From Octopus sinensis (Eukaryota), in the NCBI RefSeq assembly GCF_006345805.1, contig NC_043003.1, positions 28,830,001 to 28,894,000 of the forward strand: a stretch of 64,000 bases of DNA, given 5' to 3'. A program made the translations under genes and the position numbers. The notes under the pieces were generated by a model that did not search any database, was not told the DNA's origin, and saw nothing but the letters and a program-made list of their open reading frames with translations. Position 1 is the stretch's first letter, and each line of letters opens with the position of its first letter. Below, in pieces: positions 50,883 to 64,000 of this stretch.

Positions 50883-51376
50883 CAGAAGTAAATAGACACC
50901 CCATAAAACATCGTTTTAGTTCTAACTTGTAATGGGTTATATTTTTTATTTATTGACATTTTTATGTTTCAGATTCTATATGTGATTGTTTTACCATGAT
51001 CTGTGCAAAAAAAGCCGTGGGAATTTCTGAATTTCAAAGAGTCCCAAAATGTTAGTGGCCTCTCCACCACATTACTGGCTCAATTGAACACCTCTGGGAC
51101 ATAATGGACAGGACACTTCATAAAAACAACAAGAAAGCTTTTTCAAAGCCAGATCTTTTGAGATTACTACATGAAACTTGGCAAGAAATTCCGCAAGAGA
51201 ATATTTGTCATCTGATCATGCTTAATAGGGTCTTTGCACCGAAAAATGCAAAGGCCATATCTACTAAATATTAAATATTCACTTAATAACAACTAATAAA
51301 TAATTTGAATGCATGATTTTAGATTTAAATAAATTTTAATGATTATTAAGGTGTCTATTTACTTCTGCCATGTCTG
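50882..51376 (+). mobile_element. Internally deleted Tc1-like element
   Basis: Inverted repeats gcagaagtaaatagacacc (50882) and ggtgtctatttacttctgccatgtctg|ta (to 51376), around a Tc1 C-terminal remnant SIEHLWDIMDR…LHETWQEIPQE…STKY*. Confidence 0.75.
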
Positions 51377-51438
51377 TATATATATATATATATATGTGTG
51401 TTTGTGTGCGTGTGTGTGTGTGTGTATATGTAGGTATA

Positions 51439-51507
<69 letters not shown>

Positions 51508-52048
51508 GAGTGAGTAGACAAACGAAAGAAGGGTACTCAACACATTTATTGAGTTACACGTATGCATCAAAATAGTCTGATTCAAATCCCTTGGTACTCC
51601 AAGCTTATATATGTATATATAAATATGAATAATCTTATACTTTCGCACACGCGCACGCCCGTACACACATATACACTCACACACATCGTCCTCGCATACA
51701 CACAGGCACTTGTGTACACACTTTATCTAGGTTACTGTGCTTCCCACTTCAATTCAACCACAGCCTCCCACTAAATTCGACATGTGAAACCATTAATCCA
51801 GACACGTTTTTTCCTCACCGTTTTCGTTCCTTATTCTTGTTTGTAGAAGAGCGTAGGCTTGAAACATCAAAGATTTTTTCATTTTTCTTGAGCGTCAAAC
51901 TAATGCACCTTTTTTGTTGTTCCTCTACCTGACTCTGTCTTATGTTTTTTCTTTTTTGCATTTTGCACAATTTCGAATCACATACCACATCCCCGCGTTG
52001 TTGTTTTTTGTGTTGCTTTTGGGGATTTACTATATATATACATATATA

Positions 52049-52094
<46 letters not shown>

Positions 52095-52098
<4 letters not shown>

Positions 52099-52385
52099 TT
52101 TTACTTGTTTCAGTCATTTGACTGCGGCCATGCTGGAACACTGTCTTTAGTCAAACAAATCCACCCCAGGACTTATTCTTTGCAAGCCTATTACTTATTC
52201 TATCGGTCTCTTTTTGCCGAACCGCTAATTTACGGAGACGTAAACACACCAATATCGGTTGTCAAGCGATGGCGATAGGGTGGGGGGACAAACACAAACA
52301 CACAAATACTTACATATATATATACGACAGGCTTCTTTCAGTTTCCGTCTACCAAATCCACTCACAAGGCTGTGGTCGGCCCGGC
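52095..52385 (-). mobile_element. SINE family B (5'-truncated)
   Basis: Tail and body match 57860-58290. Confidence 0.8.
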
Positions 52386-52475
52386 CCAAGGTACCATATA
52401 TATATACACACCCTTATATTCAATATATCTAGTGCCCTATCGTTATCCTATCGTCTGCATGTTATCATCTCTTAC

Positions 52476-52670
52476 TGGGAGTGTAACCAGGGAATGGATG
52501 CAGTTGTGTTTGATTTGGTCTTGTCACACTCACTAGCAGAAGACGAGAGATGCGAGAGACCATGGCGCTGGCGCTCGCTTCCATCATCCACCATCAGTAA
52601 ATAATCAACAAAAGAAATACATTAAAGACATTCATGGGCGTGTTCCAGCGTGACGTCAGTAGATTGGCGT
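52476..52670 (-). promoter_or_regulatory. Candidate promoter and first exon (CCAAT, CRE, ATG, GTAAGA donor)
   Basis: On the minus strand: CCAAT (52667-52663), TGACGTCA (52651-52658), ATG at 52584 opening 36 codons, then the donor GTAAGA at 52475; non-repetitive and relatively CpG-rich. No homology recognised. Confidence 0.25.
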
Positions 52671-53098
52671 AAGCCGTTGTATATAGTTCTGGGTGAAACT
52701 GCTTAACGTCAATGAGGTCAAATTCTTTGCTTACTTTATAAAATAATTAAGGAGTTGTGCAGTATAATGTTAAGTTGCTGATTGTCAAGGGCTTCATAAT
52801 TTTTAAGTAGAGACAAGAGGAAAATGTTTGTTGGTTTACACATCTACTGTATCCTCTGTAGTACATGTAAATGGGCAAGTTCAAAGTATTACATGTCTGT
52901 GTGTGTATGTATGTATGTATGTATGTATGTATGTATGTATGTATGCATATAGGTATGGTTGCAGCTATGTACATGAAATACCTAAGTATACATGTATATA
53001 CATAACTGTATAGCACACATAAAATGTATGTATATATAGATATATAAACACATAAATTCAAACCCACATACATATGTTCACATATGTGTGTATATATG

Positions 53099-53137
<39 letters not shown>

Positions 53138-53415
53138 CATATGCATACGTACATGAAACTCATACAAACATAAATATATGCTAAATGAAAGAAAGAAAGA
53201 AAGAAAGACAGAAAGAGGGTGAGAGTAATTAAGGAGCTCTTTGCACAACTATCTTTCAGAAAGAAAGGGTTTCAACATTTTGTTAAAGTACAAAACTAAG
53301 AGGGAACCGTTGTTTACTGTGAAGTATCAAGCCCGCCACTATCACCAACCCCAATTCCCTCTATGAATACACATAGCAACCTATAAATAAATAAATAAAT
53401 AAAAATATGTATACG

Positions 53416-53680
53416 CGAGGTCTAATCAATAAGTATCCGGACTGTTGCCATAGTAACGAAGCTAAACCACGCAGGGTGAAGCTGCTTGGTACAGATTGCC
53501 CTTGAACTCTGCTATGCATGCGCGCTAAGTTTTAACGTTCCAGCTCAGTTCTGCTATCGACAGCAGTACTTCGAAGGAAGGTGTGTAGCGTGTGATCTTC
53601 GCATTGACCATGACAGAGAAAGTTGAGCAGAGAATCTGCATCAAATTTTGCCAAAAGCTTAGCAATACTGATCAGAGGCC
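53416..53680 (+). mobile_element. Mariner 5' fragment
   Basis: TIR-like cgaggtctaatcaataagtatccggac followed by MTEKVEQRICIKFCQKL, a typical mariner N-terminus. Confidence 0.7.
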
Positions 53681-53973
53681 AACACAGAATTTTCAAAAAG
53701 TTTTCAACGTTCTCGACACAAGCAGATCTTGTGCAACTGAAACTTGGCAGGCAACGCGTCTCATACCCAAATCTGCAGTGATAATGGACTGAACTGAACC
53801 GCACCTATTTCTGCACATCCTCTGCTTATTTCATTTTCCGTCTACCAAATCCACTCACAAGGCTTTGGTTGGTCCGGGGCTATAGTAAAAAACACTTTTC
53901 CGAGGAGCCACGCACTGTAACTGAACCCGGAACTATGCGGTGGGAAGCAAGCTTCTTATCACACAGTTACGCC

Positions 53974-54008
<35 letters not shown>

Positions 54009-54498
54009 TATATATACACACACATATGCATGAATACATACATACATAAATACATATATACATATATACATATACAAACATATATATATATATATATATA
54101 CAAATTGAGATAGGGTTGTAAATGCAACCCTCCATGGGATAACATATATCCAATATACTGCTAGTGAAGTACCCAACAAAGTTAATACATAAATGTTAAG
54201 AATTGCGATGCAATTAATTCATTTACTGTATTATATGGGCAAAGGTAAAATGTTTTACCACAAATTCATAATACAAAATAAGAAAATGGAGAAATACAAC
54301 CAAATCAAATATCAATTACCAGATAATACCCAATCACATACTTTATTAAACCACCACATAAGAGACTTTAATGTCAAACATAATAATGTAGAACAAAACA
54401 GTGTACATAAAGGAGTGTACATAAAGGAGTAATGTGATACAATAAGTACAATATGTATAAGAGAATATAAATATAAGTAAATATAAATATAAATATAG

Positions 54499-54553
<55 letters not shown>

Positions 54554-55249
54554 ATATATATAATATATATATATATATACATGCAGTGCTTACAGACATC
54601 ATTTTCATTATGATGGGAAAATTTTCACGAAGCCCTCATATCCCCAGATATTTCCTTTCACGTTTCCTTTGCGAAGCTTAGGATCCCGGGTCAGCCTTCA
54701 CCATGTCATCCCTTGTCTTCATCCACAGATCGTCATCCTCCAGTAGAAACCAACACAAAAGGTGAAACTCATGAATCTGAGCCCCGAAATATGTACCGAC
54801 TGCAAATGTATCAGTCCCGCCAACCCATGCTAGCATAGAAAGTGGAGGTGAAACGACGATAATCAGGATGGTGTTGATAAACGACGACGACGACGATACG
54901 ATGATGAAGTGGGGGAGGTGAATGATTCGGAGAATAGCAATGATGATGATGATGATGACAACGACGATGACGACTGCGACGACAACAATGATGAAGAGGA
55001 TAAGGAGCTTAAGGAGGAGGAAAACGACGACAACGACGACGACGACGATGATGATGATGATGATGATGATAATGATCATAAAGGTGGTGACGACCACCAC
55101 CACGATGGCTGAGATGGTGACAACGGTGATGACGACGATGATGAGGAAGAAAAAAGGGAGTTGGGTACGTGTAAGATTTCAGGAACATTTTGTTATTTGT
55201 AGTAAGATGAACAACGGCTGAGAGAGGAGGAGAGAAAGGGAGAGACTGG

Positions 55250-55280
<31 letters not shown>

Positions 55281-55334
55281 GCCCTTATTGACTTTATGGA
55301 GAGACGCTTTTGTATTATGATGTGCAAAAGGAAG

Positions 55335-56360
55335 GCGGCGAGCTGGTAGAAATGTTAGCACGCCGGGCGAAATGCCTAGCGGTATTTCGTCTGTCTTTAT
55401 GTTCTGAGTTCAAATTCCGCCGTGGTCGACTTTGCCTTTCATCCCTTCGGGATCGATAAATTAAGTACCAGTTGAGTACTGGGGTCGATGTAATCGACTT
55501 AATCCGTTTGTCTGACCTTGTTTGTCCTCTCTGTGTTTAGCCCCTTGTGGGTAGTAAAGAAAGATGCATTTCGTCTGTCTTCACGTTCTGAGTTCAAATT
55601 CTGCTGAGTTTGACTTTGCTTTTCGTCCTTTCGGGGTCGATAAATTAAGTACCAGTTGCGTACTGGGATCGATGTAATCGACTGACCCCCTCTCCAAAAA
55701 TTTCGGGCCTTGTGCCTAGAGCAGAAAAGAATCGTTAGCACCTTGGACGAAATGCTTAGTGGTATTTCGCCCGTCGCTACGTTCTGAGTTCAAATTCTGC
55801 TGAGTTTGACTTTGCTTTTCACCATTTCAGGGTCGATAAATTTAGTATTTGTTAAACACTGGGATCGACTCGTCCCTTTCCCCAAAATAGCTGCCCTTGT
55901 GGTAAGATTTGAAACCATTATGATGTACAAAAGTTTACTTGAAAGAAGTCTTCTTAAACATGTGCCCACCATCAGCAAATAGATAAGTGTTGCAGAAAAT
56001 GAACACGGTTTCTCACGCTTCAATTTTACAATCGACTGGTTCTCCTGTAATTGCCTTGCCTTGGGCTCTCAAGTCCTTGATGGAATCATCATTACTAACG
56101 TACTGTGTTGTCTTTAGCAGGGCATTTTTAGAGCAGTCGAACACCACCCTCTCCAAGTTATGGGAAGGCGGCGAACTGGTAGAAACATTAGCACGCCAGG
56201 TGAAATGCCTAGCGGTATTTCGTCTGTCTTTATGTTCAGAGTTCAAATTCCGCCGTGGTCGACTTTGCCTTTCATCCTTTCGGGGTCGATAAATTAAGTA
56301 CCAGTTACGCACTGGGGTCGATGTAATCGACTTAATCCGTTTGTCTGTCCTTGTTTGTCC
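55335..56360 (+). mobile_element. Family A SINE multimer (55335-55920) and monomer (56165-56360)
   Basis: Repeated conserved bodies behind aaggcggcgagctggtagaa heads. Confidence 0.85.
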
Positions 56361-56967
56361 TAGAGAGAGAGAGAGAGAAAGAGAGGCTAAGTCCAGTACA
56401 AGACTAGTACTTTACTTACCGACCTCGAATAGGTAAAGGTAAAATTGACCGCTCAGGATTTGAACTTAGAACATATAGGGTCGGAGCAAATTACTACAGT
56501 GTAATTTGTCCAATTCTCTAACGACACAGCCAAATTTGTTTAGTAGCCTTTGAATAACTGATACGCAATAATAATAAACAAACATCACTCATAGGCATGT
56601 ATAAACAATTTGTTTAGTATTGATTTATATCAACAATGTATGCTGCAATTTAGTTATCTTGTTTGGCCCCAGGTCCAACCCTGAAGGAGCAGACCTTTAT
56701 AACTTTTTATTCCTTCTGAAATATTATTCATTATTGCTTGTTAGAACGATGTTTGTTCACTTCTCGTTATAATTAAATAAACACACAAATCCTTTTCAGA
56801 AAAGTATAAGTGGGTTGTTGTTATTTCTAGCAAGGCCGAGCAAAGCTCCTCCTTGTTTTTTGGGTGTGAGTGTGAGTGAGGAAGGGCACTTCTTAAAGTT
56901 CTACTTCTACCCCGTTCGCTTTTTCTCTCTTTCTCTCTCCTTTTTTCTCTCTCTCCTTCTTTCTTTC

Positions 56968-56998
<31 letters not shown>

Positions 56999-57226
56999 GC
57001 CCCCTCTTTCTTCATCTTTCTTCCTCTCTCATTCTTTTTTCTTCATTTTGCTTTTGCTTTCTTGAGAACCAGCGAACATGTATCGTAGTTATGGAACTGA
57101 CGTCGCTGCATAACACAATATAAAACCGAGACAAGAAGAAACAGAGAAAGAAGAGAGAGAGAAGGGGGACGAGAAACAGCGCTAATTTATGCAACATATG
57201 TTGTTGCTAATGCTGTTCTGATTCTA

Positions 57227-57270
<44 letters not shown>

Positions 57271-57859
57271 AACTACTACTGCGGCTGCTGCTGCTGCTCT
57301 TTTATTACTGTTATTACTATTATTTTTATTCTTGCTGTTTTCTTTCCTCTTGTAGTATATATCTTGTTCTTTTCCTTCTTATGCTTTTGTCTTTATTATT
57401 CCACTTGTTTCTGCTATTGTTCGGTGTCACTGCAACCTGTCAGTCATCTTCTAGTCTATCTATGCATCGGGCATTTTATTATTTTAATGGAAATCTTACC
57501 CAGTTCCGGACCCATCAAATAATCTATTTCCAAATCCCTTGCGCCAAAAGTGAGTCCTCTTTACAAAAGAATAATCTACGTTTCAACCAGTTAATGTTAA
57601 TTTTCACCGTGGCTGGTGCAAAAATTATTTCCATAAAATACTTTAGTGAAAATTTGGTAAACAGCGGTCGGATAAAGAACTGGACAGGGGAGGGGTCCTG
57701 TTGCGATTAAAACCCTATGAAACGTTATACGCTATAACAACACTTTAGGGTCTCGTCAAGAGTTGAGAACCCAATACAAGGACGACATGTAAAACCAGGA
57801 ACGATCTGTGAGGATGTTTACAAGTGTGTGTGTTTCTTATTCTTATTTTAGATTAAGTA

Positions 57860-58030
57860 GGCGTAGGAGTGGCTGTGTGGTAAGTAGCTTGCTTACGAAT
57901 CACATGGTTCCGAGTTCAGTCCTACTGCGTGGTACCTTGGGCAAGTGTCTTCTACTATAGCCTCGGGCCGACCAAAGCCTTGTGAGTGGATTTGGTGGAC
58001 GGAAACTGAAAAAAGCCCGTCGCATATATG

Positions 58031-58075
<45 letters not shown>

Positions 58076-58290
58076 TTGTGCGTCTGTGTGTTTGTGTTTG
58101 TCCCATCCCCACCAACATCGCTTGACAACCGATGCTCGTGTGTTTACATCCCCGTAACTTAGCGGTTCGGCAAAAGAAACCTATAGAATAAGTACTAGGT
58201 TTGCAAATCGATTAGGGGTCGATTTGCTCGACTAAAAGCGGTGCTCCAGCATGGCCACAGTCAAATAACTGAAACAAGTAACAGAGAGTA
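57860..58290 (+). mobile_element. SINE family B, full length reference copy
   Basis: ggcgtaggagtggctgtgtggtaag…ggttccgagttcagtcc head, ccttgggcaagtgtctt, internal (TA)(TG)n, tail gcggtgctccagcatggccacagtcaaataactgaaacaag. Confidence 0.85.
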
Positions 58291-58419
58291 AAGAGTAAAG
58301 AGTAAAAGGGTAATGGTACACAAACTGGCAATTATCCACACAACAGACTTCTTCCAGTACCTGTCTACTAAATCCATTCACAAGGTAAGAAAAGGGTTGA
58401 CGGTGACTTCAAAGATTCG

Positions 58420-59340
58420 GCTAAAAGCGAGTAGCGTAAATATAATTTGAACTTAGAATGAAAGGACGGGCGACATGCCGCGTAGCATTTTGCCCGCCGT
58501 GCTAACGACTCTGGTAGCTTACTACCTTATTATCATCCAACAAGTATATTGGTTTCAAATTTTGGCACAAGGCCAGCATGTTTGTGAGAGTGGGGTAAAT
58601 TGATTACAACGACTCCATTTTTCGACTGGTACTTATTTTATTGAAAGACAAAGTCATGAAAGGCAAAGTCAACCTTGGCGGAATTTGGACTCAGAACGTA
58701 AGTACGAACGAAATATCTATTTCTTTACTACCCACAAGGGGCTAAACACAGAGAGGATAAACAAGGACAGACAAACGGATTAAGTCGATTATATCGACCC
58801 CAGTGCGTAACTGGTCCTTATTTAATCGACCCCAAAAGGATGAAAGGCAAAGTCGACCTCGGCGGAATTTGAACTCAGAACGTAGCGGCAGACGAAATAC
58901 CGCCAAGCATTTTGCCCGTTGTCTGCCACGAGTCTGCCAGCTCACCGCCTTATTATCCAACAAATACATTCCTAAAAATTATTGCTACACATGGCATCTG
59001 TATTGATGAAGAAACAAAAGTGAGTTTGCATCCATTAATTCATTCTTTATCATGGTGTTAGACAAGTTAAAAATGTGTCTAATGATCTTGATTTCGGGGT
59101 CGATAACATAAGTACTCGTTGAGCACTTGTTGGCCTTGAGCCAAAATTTGAAACTAATATTTTTAATACATGAAAGGCGGCGAGCTGACAGAATTGTTAG
59201 CACGCCAGGTGAACTGCTTATTACGTTCTGAGGTCAAATTTCGACAAGGTTGACTTTGCCTTTATCCTTTCGGAGTTGATAAAATAAGTACCCTTTCTGC
59301 ACTTGCTGGCCTTGTGCAAAAATTTGAAACTAATATTTTT
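58420..59340. mobile_element. Family A SINE cluster (mostly minus; plus copy at ~59175)
   Basis: Conserved bodies in both orientations. Confidence 0.75.
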
Positions 59341-60113
59341 AATGCAAGAAGCAATTTTAAAAGCTAACTAGTAAATGTGTGGTTTTGTTTTGTTTTTTTC
59401 TGATACATTCGAGGGATAACGCCAGGCATGATTCAATGTTATTCTGACCTCAACAGTAGTGAAAAAATTCCATCATTCCTGCAGAGGTAGTGAAGAATTA
59501 ATTAGCAAGTAAATGAGTGAAGTTGTACAACTCTTTACGTAAAAATATTGAATTACTTTGAGAAATAATTCATGGTCGCCATCTTGATAGGAAACAACAG
59601 GTAACCTTGTGGTAACATATTGAATACGGGGAACATTATAAAACTAACAAGACACAAGTTTTATGCTAATGAATAAATGATGATGATGATGACCACCACC
59701 ACGTCAACAATCACGACGACGATGATGATTATGATGGCGATGACATTGATGATGAAGACGCTAGCGATGACGACGGAGCCAACGATGACGCCGACCACGG
59801 TGGTAGTAGCAGCAACAGTGACGGTGGCAGCAGCAGCGACGGTCGTAGCAGCAGTGGCAGCTGTAGTCAAGAACTTGGGAACTCTTCAACCCAGCGATTC
59901 AGGCCACTTCCCTACTGCCACCAGCCCACCACAGATGTGTGTCCTTGAGCCAATTTCCTTATTAATTCATTATTTAATTATTTTCGCTCGGCTTACACAC
60001 TTCAGCGGCCACTCACGCACATCATTAAACAGCTCACTTACCTCTTTTGTACCCTTATCATGAATTCATTTGCCAGAGAAACCAATTACCATTATTAACA
60101 CGCTTAGCAAAAG

Positions 60114-60176
<63 letters not shown>

Positions 60177-60428
60177 GGTGGCAAGGCGAAATCAAAAGCA
60201 ACAAAAATGAAAGTAACAACTGCAGTGAGATGCTTTGTCTTGTATACACTTACATATGTTTGCTTGTGTAAGTGTGTATATGTATAAATAAAAATATATA
60301 TATATGTATGTGTGTGTGTCTGTGTTTGTGTGTGTGTAAAACGTGCGAAATTGCAAGGATCTTTTGAACGTTGAGTGATGAGAAATTAGCTATGAATTTT
60401 TCGTTAGCTGTGTTCTTATTAAATCTAT

Positions 60429-60925
<497 letters not shown>

Positions 60926-61189
60926 CTTGGCGGACTGGCCAGCTTGTCAGCTTGCCCGATGGAAAGTGGGCCCCATGCTCTATTAGAATCTATAAACGGG
61001 GACCCATGTTAGTATCTAATAGGCACACCATCTCAAGCTTGAGAATTTTTTATTCACTTCTGGAAGAATGCATTAATTATTTCAGCCTGGCTGTGTTTGT
61101 AGACAGTTGAAAAGAAAACTTTAAATTAAATAATAGCATTGTAGTTAGTTTCCTGGCAACCAATATTTTTAGACCCAGTCCGCCACTGT

Positions 61190-61194
<5 letters not shown>

Positions 61195-61235
<41 letters not shown>

Positions 61236-62003
61236 GCATACACACATACATATGTGCATGTGTGCTTCAGAGAAAATTGGAAACAAGTAACATCGTTTGT
61301 ATAAGAGTGACGGACTTAGACAAAGTTCACACATAAATCAAAAGAGTAAAGACCTCCTTCGGTCGTGAATGATCATGGGATTCCACAGTTAAAGTTACCT
61401 TCCGAAGCATAAATCCAGACAATGTTGTTTATGGAAGACCAGCAGTCGCCCATGCATACCAGCCTCCCCTCTCCATGCCACCGATGTTATCCAAGGGAAA
61501 GGCAAAGGGCCGATACAGTTTGGCACTAGTGACATAGCAATCATTCCTACAGCTGGGTGAAGCAACGCGAAATAAAGTGTCCTGCTGAAGAACACAACAC
61601 AGCCCGTCTGGGAATCGAGCTCACTACCTCATGATTGGGAGCCCAACGCTCTAACAACTGAGCCATGCGCCTTCACACAAAAATATATATATACACACAC
61701 ATACATACACTCGCACACACACACATACACACAAACACACACACACAAACACACACACATGCATATATATATATACATACACACACACGCACATGAAGAA
61801 CTTCTTTCAGCATCTGTCTACCAAACAGAGCGCAGGATTACATAATGGTACTATTACCTAACACTCCGTTGAGCCCCTAGTGCGAAACCGATTGGTAAGA
61901 TTGACCGTAATGGATATATAATGCTGTACACTTCGATTATGTGTGTATGTGTGTGCGTGTGTGTGTGTGTGTGTGCATATACATAGATTGATCGATCGAT
62001 AGC

Positions 62004-62077
<74 letters not shown>

Positions 62078-62579
62078 CTGATTGATTGATTGATTGATAT
62101 GTATGTATACCTTACAGGGTTCCGCATACATTTCGTCTCAGGAATAATCTACATTCGCGTGACCCTGGTCGGTTCGGATCTACATTAAAAACAGCAGTTT
62201 TTCCCAAGGCCCCGTTTGGTGGCACCGACCCCGAAACCATGTGGTTGCAAGGCAAACGCAACAAAAACATCACAGTCATGCTTACGCCTATATCACCTGA
62301 CAGAAAAATACACATTCAAAAATATACAGTATTATCACGGTTGGAACGCCATTGGTCATAGATTAACACGATCGCGCCTGACCTTAGGGTCAACGACACA
62401 GATACCGTTGTTTACTGTATTATATACCTGTTGCATTATTTATTATCTTATTTGCACAAACTATTTATTACTTTTGCCACTGTTTTTCTCAATTGTAATC
62501 AATAACAGTTGTTTTCTGTTGTGTTGCGCAATAAATCCTGTTATACATATATACATACATACATATACATACATATATA

Positions 62580-62643
<64 letters not shown>

Positions 62644-63416
62644 AATGCATACACACATACATATGTGCATGTGTGCTTCAGAGAAAATTGGAAACAAGTA
62701 ACATCGTTTGTATAAGAGTGACGGACTTAGACAAAGTTCACACATAAATCAAAAGAGTAAAGACCTCCTTCGGTCGTGAATGATCATGGGATTCCACAGT
62801 TAAAGTTACCTTCCGAAGCATAAATCCAGACAATGTTGTTTATGGAAGACCAGCAGTCGCCCATGCATACCAGCCTCCCCTCTCCATGCCACCGATGTTA
62901 TCCAAGGGAAAGGCAAAGGGCCGATACAGTTTGGCACTAGTGACATAGCAAATCATTCCTACAGCTGGGTGAAGCAACGCGAAATAAAGTGTCCTGCTGA
63001 AGAACACAACACAGCCCGTCTGGGAATCGAGCTCACTACCTCATGATTGGGAGCCCAACGCTCTAACAACTGAGCCATGCGCCTTCACACAAAAATATAT
63101 ATATACACACACATACATACACTCGCACACACACACATACACACAAACACACACACACAAACACACACACATGCATATATATATATACATACACACACAC
63201 GCACATGAAGAACTTCTTTCAGCATCTGTCTACCAAACAGAGCGCAGGATTACATAATGGTACTATTACCTAACACTCCGTTGAGCCCCTAGTGCGAAAC
63301 CGATTGGTAAGATTGACCGTAATGGATATATAATGCTGTACACTTCGATTAATGTGTGTATGTGTGTGCGTGTGTGTGTGTGTGTGTGCATATACATAGA
63401 TTGATCGATCGATAGC

Positions 63417-63490
<74 letters not shown>

Positions 63491-64000
63491 CTGATTGATT
63501 GATTGATTGATATGTATGTATACCTTACAGGGTTCCGCATACATTTCGTCTCAGGAATAATCTACATTCGCGTGACCCTGGTCGGTTCGGATCTACATTA
63601 AAAACAGCAGTTTTTCCCAAGGCCCCGTTTGGTGGCACCGACCCCGAAACCATGTGGTTGCAAGGCAAACGCAACAAAAACATCACAGTCATGCTTACGC
63701 CTATATCACCTGACAGAAAAATACACATTCAAAAATATACAGTATTATCACGGTTGGAACGCCATTGGTCATAGATTAACACGATCGCGCCTGACCTTAG
63801 GGTCAACGACACAGATACCGTTGTTTACTGTATTATATACCTGTTGCATTATTTATTATCTTATTTGCACAAACTATTTATTACTTTTGCCACTGTTTTT
63901 CTCAATTGTAATCAATAACAGTTGTTTTCTGTTGTGTTGCGCAATAAATCCTGTTATACATATATACATACATACATATACATACATATATATATATATA
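61195..64000. repeat. Near-identical ~1.41-kb tandem duplication (each unit contains a family C SINE)
   Basis: taaatgcatacacacatacatatgtgcatgtgtgcttcagagaaaattgg at ~61231 and ~62642; identical ORF translations offset by 1,413 bp (62112 vs 63525). Confidence 0.95.

Noticed and set aside
54678-55221. Acidic or poly-Met ORFs as a real low-complexity protein
   Set aside because: Built from (GAT/GAC)n repeats, with no splice or homology support.

Overview
Repeat-dominated, gene-poor eukaryotic DNA, most likely from an octopus. That call is inferred from the tRNA-derived SINE families and the very dense (TA)n/(CA)n/(TAGA)n/(ATT)n microsatellites. No host protein-coding gene could be identified; nearly all short ORFs are microsatellite artefacts. 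Transposable elements seen: a 5,360-bp Tx1/L1-clade LINE with a 17-bp TSD (32824-38183, minus), a 5'-truncated CR1/L2-group LINE plus fragments, RLE-type and RTE LINE fragments, a decayed SPIN-like hAT transposase, a full-length mariner with TIRs, a Tc1 deletion derivative, two Helentron-associated (HINE-like) elements and dozens of SINEs. The main unexpected signal is a set of hammerhead-ribozyme (HHR) motifs. The best case is a 362-bp tandem repeat carrying an intact minimal type I HHR with the U3-A8 core variant. The Tx1 LINE has inserted into this array just upstream of one HHR, so it is bracketed by two same-strand self-cleavage sites. A hairpin Penelope-like insertion with an HHR and a 12-bp TSD also interrupts the hAT transposase. 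All structures were read by eye; boundaries of decayed repeats are approximate.
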